A DNA stretch of 63,413 nucleotides, the filler included, from Octopus bimaculoides (lineage: Eukaryota): the NCBI RefSeq assembly GCF_001194135.2. It is 9 parts of 8 records of this genome, joined end to end, with 100 filler letters (N's around TTAATTAATTAA, not from the genome) between each part and the next. Parts side by side here need not be neighbours in the genome. Positions count along the whole stretch, not along the records: positions 46,375 to 55,336 come from NC_068999.1; positions 55,437 to 61,089 come from NC_069002.1; positions 61,190 to 62,252 come from NW_026438830.1; positions 62,353 to 63,413 come from NW_026350715.1; 5 more parts are not named here. One strand, given 5' to 3'. Of this stretch, positions 54,925 through 63,413 are shown piece by piece. The notes under the pieces are model-generated. The model was not told the DNA's origin. It ran no database searches and saw only the letters and a program-made list of their open reading frames with translations. How positions within the stretch are numbered: the stretch's first letter is position 1; the number at the start of each line of letters is the position of its first letter. The translations under genes and the position numbers were made by a program.

Positions 54925-55380
54925 TACATATAAGTATATATACACACATACATACATACACATATACATATACATGCACATACCCATATACATATATACA
55001 CACATACACACATACATACACATATATGCGCACATTTTTCCACGTATACCCATGAATATGTATATACACGTGCACATGTATATGAATAGATGTACGAATA
55101 AGTAAATAGAGTAATAGCAGAACTAAAAATACTAAAACCCAGACCTTAATACCCGATCATAACAAAGTTCTGTTATAGGAGAAATAAAGAATGAAATTAT
55201 CTACACCAAAAATAAGTATGTTTGCGAACGTGAACACATCTGAACTCATTATATGTTAGTTTATTAGTTAGTTTATGCTTAGAAAATAGAATAAAAAAAC
55301 AACTGAAGATTGCACAAGTTGCAATACCTCCTACCCNNNNNNNNNNNNNNNNNNNNNNNNNNNNNNNNNNNNNNNNNNNN

Positions 55381-55392
55381 TTAATTAATTAA
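55381..55392. other. Artificial scaffold-join linker
   Basis: 44 N + TTAATTAATTAA + 44 N. Confidence 0.95.
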
Positions 55393-55921
55393 NNNNNNNN
55401 NNNNNNNNNNNNNNNNNNNNNNNNNNNNNNNNNNNNAATATATATACTTCACAACCACATGGTTCTGGGTTCAATCCCACAATATGGCATCTTGGGTAGA
55501 TGTTATCCATTAAGGCCTCAGGTTGATATATGCTTATTAGAAAGAAAAAAGGAAAAAGCTAACTAGGCATGGCTGTGTGGTTAAGATATATATACTTCAC
55601 AACCACATGGTTCTGGGTTCAATCCCACAATATGGCATCTTGGGTAGATGTTATCCATTAAGGCCTCAGGTTGATATATGCTTTTTGAGTAGAATTTGGT
55701 AGCTAGAAACTAAGCAGAAGCCCATTATGTACATGTGTGTGAGTGTGTGTGTGTGTGTGTATGTGTGTGTGTATACACACACAAACATGTAAGCTTACAT
55801 AGAAGATACGCAAATATGGCAAATTTGTTTTCCTATAGACTGGAAAAATAACAAACAGCCTTGACCCTTTCCGTACCAATCTGCTTAAGAAAAAATGAAA
55901 AATAAACAAGGAAATTCTTAC

Positions 55922-56122
55922 AAGAATCCAGCAATATAAGAGTCAGACAATCCAGGAGCACCACCACCATAAGCAGAACTGGTCTCACCAAGCCAAAGAT
56001 CCTTGTCCCTGGAATATGTATGCAGCATTCTAAAGGCAGTGTCCAATTGATCACCAAACTTCTCCATCACCCATGGGTTGAGAAATTGGTCAGCATTGGT
56101 ATCGTGTCCATTTAGGTAATAC
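55922..56122 (-). CDS. HPSE: Heparanase-like GH79, internal exon e (nucleophile Glu)
   Basis: tttcaag|G…TT|gtaag, 201 nt: YYLNGHDTNADQFLNPWVMEKFGDQLDTAFRMLHTYSRDKDLWLGETSSAYGGGAPGLSDSYIAGF; the WLGETSSAYGGGAP motif matches heparanase. Confidence 0.95.
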
Positions 56123-56658
56123 CTTGAAAATGGAATAATATATTTTGTTGGTTAAGTAATTAAACAGCCGTATATATATAAATGTAATTGATGTCATAAG
56201 AATTTATAAACTCTCGAGAGAATGTAAAATAATTCTTTTTGGAAGAACGGATCTCACAGAAGATGAAGCTATATATATAATGGCATTTTAAAAAATAACG
56301 TCGACCACTAACGTGGACAGTTAATGCGCTAGAAATAGATCACATCTTGTGTCTATTAAGACCTAAATTGTTCTCAACATGAAATATAGCAGCATACCAA
56401 AAACGTGAGCGGGCAAGACATTTAAAATCACCTAAAAAAGCATTATTAAACAGGAATGGCATGTATATATTAGGTTGAAGAACCCTTTTGGATAAATAAA
56501 GTCAATACTGACCAATCAAAAAATCAACAAAAAACAAAAGAGGGACAGGTCATGTTTTCATGGTCATGTGATGGACAACTTGAGGTAACAACCTGACCAC
56601 TGCATGAAGTGCTACCAGTTGGTCATTTAAATGTTTTAGAAAAGACATGGTCACTTAC

Positions 56659-56706
56659 TGGTGGACAGTTACAACATCTACTGTGTCTCTGGAGTGTTCT
56701 AGGAAT
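56659..56706 (-). CDS. HPSE: Heparanase-like GH79, internal exon d (48 nt)
   Basis: tttccag|A…CA|gtaag: (K)FLEHSRDTVDVVTVH(Q); phases join exons c and e in frame. Confidence 0.9.
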
Positions 56707-56828
56707 CTGGAAAAATTAAAAAAATATGCTTATTTAAATACATACATGGATACATATATATAAATATTCATCTATCAATCTATCTATGCATGTGTGTGTA
56801 CACGCACACATATATATGTATACGAACA

Positions 56829-56870
<42 letters not shown>

Positions 56871-57213
56871 TATGCTACTGTATCTTCGAAACGCCTAGTT
56901 TAGAATAGAGGCAGCTGATGAAGAATTAATCCAAGTGGCTATTTGTTTTTCTATGTGTTCGTTCCGTTGTCTGTATTTCATTGTTCTAACGTCCTGTACC
57001 CTGATATGCATCTATATACACATGTAGATGTAAGTATGTACATATATGTGTGTATACATGTTTATATATCCGTTGTATTATTATATACACACACACACAC
57101 GTGATTATGAGCCTACTACTAATCTATACACCCTCATCTTCCCCTATCATACATCTTAAATTTTTTTTCTAAATCCTCACAGAAGCCCCTAAAACAAATA
57201 ATTGATCTCTTAC

Positions 57214-57394
57214 TTGATAAAGAAATTTTCCTTGTAGGCTTTCCTCAAACACCCATCAGTAACATCAGGTCCAACAATAAGGGACTTCTTATATAATGGG
57301 AAAGAGTTCTTCAGCACTTTGAGTTTGGCAAAATCCTTACTTAAAACAACAGGATCAATGGCATAGCCGAGAAGGTGCCGGTAGTGATCTGGTT
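57214..57394 (-). CDS. HPSE: Heparanase-like GH79, internal exon c
   Basis: ttctcag|AA…AA|gtaag, 181 nt: (E)PDHYRHLLGYAIDPVVLSKDFAKLKVLKNSFPLYKKSLIVGPDVTDGCLRKAYKENFFI. Confidence 0.93.
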
Positions 57395-57592
57395 CTGAGA
57401 AAAGAAAAGAAAAAATTCTTTTAGTTGCACATTAATTTCACGAGTAGGCCATTCCATTAGAGGCCTCTTGTCGTCGTAACTGATGGAGTACCAGGTAAAG
57501 TTTGCCGGATCCAAGCTAACCTGGGGTTAAACGACAACAGAGAAAATGTAGAACACAATTTACATGATTTAAAGGCAGTGGTTATTACTTAC

Positions 57593-57772
57593 CATTTCCA
57601 AGTTCCAGTCCTGCAAGAGGGAACCCTTTCTCCTGAGATAGCTTCAGAAGTTCTGACGCATTGATGTTAGGGTCCCAAGATTTGTTAGTTCTCTGTAGTA
57701 AGTTCAGATCAAATATTAACTCCCATCCAGGGACTGAATGTACAAAGTTGTTTAAGTAGGTCCAGTCGAATG
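57593..57772 (-). CDS. HPSE: Heparanase-like GH79, internal exon b (acid/base Glu codon split at its 3' end)
   Basis: cttgcag|CA…G|gtaag, 180 nt: FDWTYLNNFVHSVPGWELIFDLNLLQRTNKSWDPNINASELLKLSQEKGFPLAGLELGN(E). Confidence 0.93.
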
Positions 57773-57859
57773 CTGCAAGAAATATTCAAACAAAATAAAT
57801 AGAACAGGAAAAAAAAAAAAATGGAGTCACATTTATAGCTTTCATCTTTCACTTGTGTC

Positions 57860-58530
57860 GGTCATTAGACTGTGACCAGGCTGGGGCATTGCCCAGAAGA
57901 ATTTTAAGTCAAACAAAGCCCCATCCCCATCCGAACGTGGTCAATGCCAGATGCCAGTTGGACGATTTGACTGAGGTCTGGAAAGCCAGTGGCTGCACCA
58001 GGCTCCAATCTGATCTGACAATATTTCTACAGCAGGATGCATTTCTTAACGCCAACCACTCTGAGAGAGTGGAGTGGGTGCTTTTTATGTGCCACCAGCA
58101 CAGGAGTCAGTCAGGTGGGTCTGGCATTGATCCCATTCGGATAGTGCTTTTTACATGCCACCGACACGGGGAACCAGTCAGGGTGCACTGGCATCAGCCA
58201 CGTTCGGATAGTGTTTTTCATGTGTCACCGGAACAGGAGCCAGGGACATTGGCCACAGCTCTGATTTTGGTTTTACTTGACTCAACAGGTCTTCTGAAGC
58301 ATATCATATCGCCCGACATATCAAGGGTACTTTTAAACGGGCTGGACGCGCAACACTGGCATCAGCCATGGCTGTGATCTCACTTTACTTGCCAGGTTTT
58401 CTCAATCACAGCATATCTCTGAAGGTCTCGGTCTCCTGTCATTGCCTCTGTTCAGTGGGACTGAACCTGGAACCATGTGGTTGGGAAGCAAGCTTCTTAT
58501 CAGACAGCTACACTTGCACCTGTGCATGTG
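57860..58530 (-). mobile_element. Intronic composite repeat: family A-like tRNA head + internal 66-67-bp tandem units
   Basis: Head (reverse complement) at about 58450-58520; gtgcttttta.gtgccacc units at 58078, 58144 and 58211; ggatgcatttcttaacgccaacc motif near 58035. Confidence 0.55.
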
Positions 58531-58699
58531 TGTGCTTGAATGCGAGTGTGTGTGCATGTGTGTGTGTGTATGCATGTGTGTTACTGCTACCTTGTTTTAG
58601 TCACTGAATGATATTTGTAAGCAAGTGTCGTCGTCATACAAGCAGCCTTCTTCATTTCCAGTCTTCTGCGGAAACATGTGCAGTCATGGCAAAATATTG

Positions 58700-58815
58700 G
58701 TTTCAAATTTAGGCACAAGGCCAGCAATTTCGAGGGGAGGGGGCTAAGTCAGTTACATCAACCCCAGTGCCACAACTGGTACTTATTTTATCGACCCTAA
58801 AAGAATGAAAGCACA
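58700..58815 (-). mobile_element. Family C SINE 3' half
   Basis: ggcacaaggccagcaattt…caactggtacttattttatcgaccctaaaagaatgaaag. Confidence 0.75.
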
Positions 58816-58994
58816 TCCATGGCAAAATATTACCTTATTTGGACAGTGATAGGAAGGACATCTGGCTACAGAAAAAGCTGCCTCTACAAAATTCTATCCA
58901 ACCCATGAGAGCATAGAAAAGTGGACATTAGAATGAGGATGATGATGGCATTTTGAGGGCAAAAGGTGCGAGTAAATAGATAAAATAAACAAAC

Positions 58995-59182
58995 CTGTCA
59001 TGGTAAAGGGATCCATTTTGCCGCCATCCAAACCACCGTTTTCTGTACTGTTGTTGTTGGCAAAATCAAGGTTTTCTGTCACACCTAGAGTTTCTCTGAA
59101 GATAAGGAAATCAGCAGAAGTGCCGCCAACTCTTAGATATGTAGGCGAAAGCCCTTTGGCGAGAGTAAGCAATTTCTTCGAG
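58995..59182 (-). CDS. HPSE: Heparanase-like GH79, internal exon a
   Basis: ttttcag|C…G|gtttg, 188 nt: [62 protein letters not shown]; matches human [22 protein letters not shown] as recalled. Confidence 0.95.
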
Positions 59183-59285
59183 CTGAAAAGAAGATGGAAA
59201 GAGAAAATAGCCTTTTAGGAATGTGTATGTATATATGCGTAAATATATGTGTATGTATGTGTATATGTATGTGTGTGTGAGTGTT

Positions 59286-59329
<44 letters not shown>

Positions 59330-59943
59330 GNNNNNNNNNNNNNNNNNNNNNNNNNNNNNNNNNNNNNNNNNNNNNNNNNNNNNNNNNNNNNNNNNNNNNN
59401 NNNNNNNNNNNNNNNNNNNNNNNNNNNNNNNNNNNNNNNNNNNNNNNNNNNNNNNNNNNNNNNNNNNNNNNNNNNNNNNNNNNNNNNNNNNNNNNNNNNN
59501 NNNNNNNNNNNNNNNNNNNNNNNNNNNNNNNNNNNNNNNNNNNNNNNNNNNNNNNNNNNNNNNNNNNNNNNNNNNNNNNNNNNNNNNNNNNNNNNNNNNN
59601 NNNNNNNNNNNNNNNNNNNNNNNNNNNNNNNNNNNNNNNNNNNNNNNNNNNNNNNNNNNNNNNNNNNNNNNNNNNNNNNNNNNNNNNNNNNNNNNNNNNN
59701 NNNNNNNNNNNNNNNNNNNNNNNNNNNNNNNNNNNNNNNNNNNNNNNNNNNNNNNNNNNNNNNNNNNNNNNNNNNNNNNNNNNNNNNNNNNNNNNNNNNN
59801 NNNNNNNNNNNNNNNNNNNNNNNNNNNNNNNNNNNNNNNNNNNNNNNNNNNNNTATATATTATATCTATATATATTATATATATGTTTTGAGTTTATATC
59901 CTACAAACATTTTCTTTGTTGTTCATCCTTCTATAACTGATTC

Positions 59944-60044
59944 GGCCCCATGCAATTTAAAGTTTCGTGGGCCCATCACAGGAACTTAGCTCGTCAGGGT
60001 AGGCTTCAGAGACAAGCCTACAAAACTTAAAGTTGCATGGGGCC
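59944..60044 (-). other. 101-bp inverted-repeat element (MITE-like; type III hammerhead-like layout on the minus strand)
   Basis: ~29-bp imperfect terminal inverted repeats ggccccatgcaa…; internal 8-bp hairpin gtaggctt/aagcctac; CTGACGA at 59997-59991; GAAAC at 59966-59962. Confidence 0.6.
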
Positions 60045-60078
60045 AAATTAAAGTTCTAAATAATAATATAGGTAACTT

Positions 60079-60279
60079 CGGTAATTTTTCAGATTAACAC
60101 CCGCACGATCTTCACTGAGGTGTTAGGATTAGGGTTTAGGGTTACGGTTAGGGTTATGGTTAGAGTCTTAGGGTTAGGGTTTGGGTTAGGGAGTTCCGTC
60201 CGTAACCGTAACCCTAACCCTAACCCTAACCATAACACCCTAGTGAAGATCGTATGGGTGTTAATCTGAAAAATTACCG
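60079..60279. mobile_element. Foldback/MITE with internal inverted telomere-like (TTAGGG)n…(CCCTAA)n
   Basis: ~45-bp TIR cggtaatttttcagattaacaccc..acgatcttcact; degenerate TTAGGG array at about 60123-60191; CCCTAA array at about 60203-60236; flanks taactt / caactt. Confidence 0.75.
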
Positions 60280-60627
60280 CAACTTCTACCAAAGGTGTTA
60301 AGCGCACCTTTCTTTCGTTTGTCCACTCACTCGTATATAAAGCGTTTGACCCGAGCAAAAAAAAAAACAAAACAATAGTGTAATAGGTGTAATACAACTT
60401 GCCTTAAACGAATATTTAAAAAAATGCGCGCTCGCGAACGGGGTGGGATGGGGAAAGGACTCGGAACAATCATATATTGATGAAGGAAAAGTTCCCTAAG
60501 TGGCTCGTCTGTTTTCCTATGTTAGAAAAAAGTCCGTCTTTTGTGCTTTGTTTTGTTCCCGTTCCTTTTTTGACGTCCTGTACCCGGATATGCATCTATA
60601 TATACATGTAGATGTAGGTATGTACAT

Positions 60628-61042
60628 GATGGCCGTCCACTCGTGACCGAGGAAGACCATTGCCGACCTCCAGGAACATTGTGCGCTCTAGAAGTAACTT
60701 ACATTTTGCATTTGCGGCTCCGTATGTGGCTAATGAGCCCTGCTCTTGACAAGCATACACGACTGCAAACATTGCTGACCAAGTTTTCTCCATTCACTAT
60801 ACGAGCCGTGCGCTTTCGCACAACTCGCTTAAGTTCTTCATGCTGGATACGTACTCTCTCAAAAGTGTCGATCCCTTCCTTAATCTGCTTCCTCCATCCG
60901 TGGCGATGACAGGCATTGTTCTCCCAGTCAGTGTCCTGCATATCACAGGCCTTCAATGAGGACTTGGCACAGTCCTTAAAGCGCAGCCTTGGTTTCTGCC
61001 GGAGTCTCCTTCCATTCACAAGTTCTCCATAGAGTATCTGCT
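60628..61042 (-). mobile_element. 5'-truncated RTE LINE insertion with 13-bp TSD
   Basis: Open frame PKQILYGELVNGRRLRQKPRLRFKD…CSRVCLSRAGLISHIRS*; TSD taggtatgtacat at 60615-60627 and 61043-61055. Confidence 0.9.
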
Positions 61043-61133
61043 TAGGTATGTACATATACATGCATATGCTCATATATCATTTGTATTATNNNNNNNNNNN
61101 NNNNNNNNNNNNNNNNNNNNNNNNNNNNNNNNN

Positions 61134-61145
61134 TTAATTAATTAA
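61134..61145. other. Artificial scaffold-join linker
   Basis: 44 N + TTAATTAATTAA + 44 N. Confidence 0.95.
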
Positions 61146-61339
61146 NNNNNNNNNNNNNNNNNNNNNNNNNNNNNNNNNNNNNNNNNNNNTTGTAGCTTCA
61201 AGTGTTTGATGATGTGAATGTTTATTTTTAGAATGATATTGTAGAGTAAGTGTGAGAGACCAGATTTGGCAGGCAGAATACTTTGGCCAGTTTAAATTTG
61301 CAAGAGAATTTCTCATGTTTCAGAGACAAAAATAAAGCT

Positions 61340-61576
61340 TTCTTCCAGTGTGTATATGGATTAATCTTATTAAAAGGTTGTTACTCATAAATCATTTCCC
61401 ACACATTTCACATTAATATTACTTTTCATCAGGATGACTACAGCTGCAGATAAAACAAGGAAGTCTGTATGAATAATTTTCCGCATTGTTCACAATGAAA
61501 TTGCGTTTCTCTCCAGTCTATATTCTTTTGTGTCTTCTTAAATCATGCATTAGAGACAAAAGATTCTGCACTGATT
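61340..61576 (-). pseudogene. Three decayed C2H2 fingers downstream of the ZNF stop
   Basis: After a frameshift: YRCEISAESFVSN/HDLRRHKRI*TGEK/FHCEQCGKLF…*…CEMCGK*FMSNNLL..IHIHTG. Confidence 0.85.
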
Positions 61577-62152
61577 TCACAACGATAGTTTTTTCTCTCC
61601 AGTGTGGATTCTTTTGTGTCTGTTTAAATCACTATTAGAGATAAACGATTTTCCACATACTTCACAGTGGAACTGTTTTTCTCCAGTGTGTATTTTGCGG
61701 TGACGTACAAGACTGGAATTATCAGAGAAAGATACCCTACATATTTGACAATGATATGGTTTTTCTCCAGTGTGGATTCTTCGATGAACTAAGAGACTAG
61801 AATGATCAGAGAATGATTTCCCACATATTTCACAGTGATAAGGTTTTTCTCCAGTGTGGATTCTTTTGTGTGTTGTTAAATCGCGGTTTTTGGCAAAATA
61901 TTTCCCACATATTTCACAATTAAGGGGTTTTCCCCTATTGTGCATTTCTTTGTGTGTAAAGACGTCATGTTCTGAAGAGAACATTTTTCTACAAATCTCA
62001 CAGCGATAATCAGGAATATTCTCATACAACGATCGTTGGTTAGTAAACATTCCACTACATAAAGGTTTCCCATCTCTATCCGTCTGTGTAACTATATCTA
62101 TATTACTAAAAGCAGTTGCGTTTGAAGACTCCAGGTGATTAACGTCTTCCAT
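61577..62152 (-). CDS. C2H2 zinc-finger protein (5 intact fingers, 191 aa; possibly a truncated gene or pseudogene)
   Basis: Five Cx2Cx12Hx3H units with TGEKP-type linkers in the ORF track. Confidence 0.85.
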   Translation of the reverse strand: MEDVNHLESSNATAFSNIDIVTQTDRDGKPLCSGMFTNQRSLYENIPDYRCEICRKMFSSEHDVFTHKEMHNRGKPLNCEICGKYFAKNRDLTTHKRIHTGEKPYHCEICGKSFSDHSSLLVHRRIHTGEKPYHCQICRVSFSDNSSLVRHRKIHTGEKQFHCEVCGKSFISNSDLNRHKRIHTGEKKLSL

Positions 62153-62296
62153 ATTAATTCTCGGAGAATTCTTAAAAACTGAGAGATGTCTGCGAATATA
62201 ATCTATCGCGGCTCAGTTTCTGTGTTGAACAGCACGGGCCCCTGTTCACAGGNNNNNNNNNNNNNNNNNNNNNNNNNNNNNNNNNNNNNNNNNNNN

Positions 62297-62308
62297 TTAA
62301 TTAATTAA
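62297..62308. other. Artificial scaffold-join linker
   Basis: 44 N + TTAATTAATTAA + 44 N. Confidence 0.95.
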
Positions 62309-62352
62309 NNNNNNNNNNNNNNNNNNNNNNNNNNNNNNNNNNNNNNNNNNNN

Positions 62353-62398
<46 letters not shown>

Positions 62399-62889
62399 CA
62401 TAGGTGTTGAACATCCAAGTATACATTACTGATACGTTGAGCTGGTTCACAAGATTTGTTTTATTATTTCATTTCCTTTACATTGCACTGCAAACCATAG
62501 TCTACTGAGTAATTATGTCTGATTAAGTCCTCAAGTCTTGTAGATTTTATATGAAGCTGATGTAATATAGTATGAATATATTTATCTATAATTTTTTTAT
62601 GGTAATATGAATGCGTACGCTTTCTGAACATTTATACATATGCACTTGTTTACTGAAATACAGAACTATAATGAGAGAATTAAAAAGTGTCTCTTATCAT
62701 GGAGTTATTTCTAATTTTATCACCGCATAAATATGATACATTCCAAAATTTTTAGTTTGTCAAACATGAAAGCTTTCCAAGAAACTCTACGCCGAGATGT
62801 CACGAATGCATCTTCTTAGCTCCAAATAATAAAATCATAGAGATACTGTATTTTATTTATTTAGTTGTATTCCTTACATTTGTAAGATG

Positions 62890-62998
<109 letters not shown>

Positions 62999-63068
62999 TA
63001 CATACATACATATATGTATATATATATATATAGACATACATATATATGTGTACATATATATATATATA

Positions 63069-63413
63069 TTTATTTATTTATTTATTTATGTGTTTCAGCC
63101 AAGTGGCGGCGGTCATGCTGGTGCACCACCGTGATTTTCACGTTCCTTGCATGGCGCTTCTCCCCCACCTGACATGGTCCAATCAAGAGTTTTGATGGCA
63201 CATCTGGTGTATAAGAGAATTTGACACAGCTGCCCTAAACTGCGTCTCATTACAAGCCATTGGTTCGTCTGGTATCGTGGAGAGGAAAGCGTCAAGTTTT
63301 GTCTTGAAGACCTCCGCATCCATGTCTCGCATGTCTCTCAAATGTTTTGGCAGGGCATTGAAGAGCTGAGGTCCTCTGAAACCGAGGCTGCTGCAGTATC
63401 TCGTTCTTATGTG
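63069..63413 (-). mobile_element. CR1/L2-group LINE 3' end (open frame to window edge)
   Basis: 77 uninterrupted codons at 63413-63183: …SLGFRGPQLFNALPKHLRD…FKTKLDAFLSTIPDEP…RAAVSNSLIHQ…*; short 3' UTR and (TAAA)n tail. Confidence 0.75.

Noticed and set aside
55438-55684. ~98-bp duplicated SINE head (offset 148)
   Set aside because: The first copy starts at a scaffold edge and the copies look identical; probably an assembly end artefact.
55799-55880. In-phase 82-nt candidate next heparanase exon (LVRKGSRLFVIFPVYRKTNLPYLRIFY) with AG/GT borders
   Set aside because: It needs a 41-nt intron and lacks the expected WLDKLG…RQ motif; the resemblance to the later LVG..VL…LRVY segment is weak. RNA-seq would settle it.
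57853-58377. 174-aa plus-strand ORF inside the heparanase intron
   Set aside because: It overlaps a repeat element with 66-bp internal units and has no recognisable domain.
60123-60236. Ancient telomere-telomere fusion site
   Set aside because: The arrays are short and enclosed by matching TIRs, which a foldback transposon explains better.
61146-62296. ZNF gene nested in heparanase intron 1
   Set aside because: It is separated from the heparanase piece by an artificial linker, so linkage is unsupported.

Overview
AT-rich, microsatellite-saturated, gap-ridden animal DNA, most likely from an octopus (cephalopod). This rests on OR1-type tRNA-Arg SINEs and cephalopod-style C2H2 fingers (HCEICGKSF...HKRIHTGEK). 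Eight 100-bp artificial joins (44 N + TTAATTAATTAA + 44 N) split the window into nine scaffold pieces, so adjacency across them is not evidence of linkage. Host genes found: five internal exons of a heparanase-like GH79 glycosidase (minus strand, 55922-59182, both catalytic Glu present) and a single-exon C2H2 zinc-finger ORF (61577-62152) whose 3' fingers have decayed. Almost all other ORF-track entries are microsatellite or gap artefacts. The rest is transposon debris: at least four SINE families, R4/Dong, RTE, Tx1/L1 and CR1-group LINE fragments, Tc1 and mariner elements, Helitron 5' ends, a 176-bp solo LTR, a 5S rRNA pseudogene and foldback elements. The most interesting signals are: (1) a well-formed type I hammerhead ribozyme in a 353-bp tandem plus inverted repeat (retrozyme or Penelope pLTR-like); (2) a second dispersed and tandem repeat family with a non-canonical hammerhead core; (3) a possible type III hammerhead relic; (4) a GH79 loop 28 aa shorter than in human heparanase; (5) a SINE-LINE shared 3' tail. 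All family assignments are by eye and from recalled literature; no database search was run.
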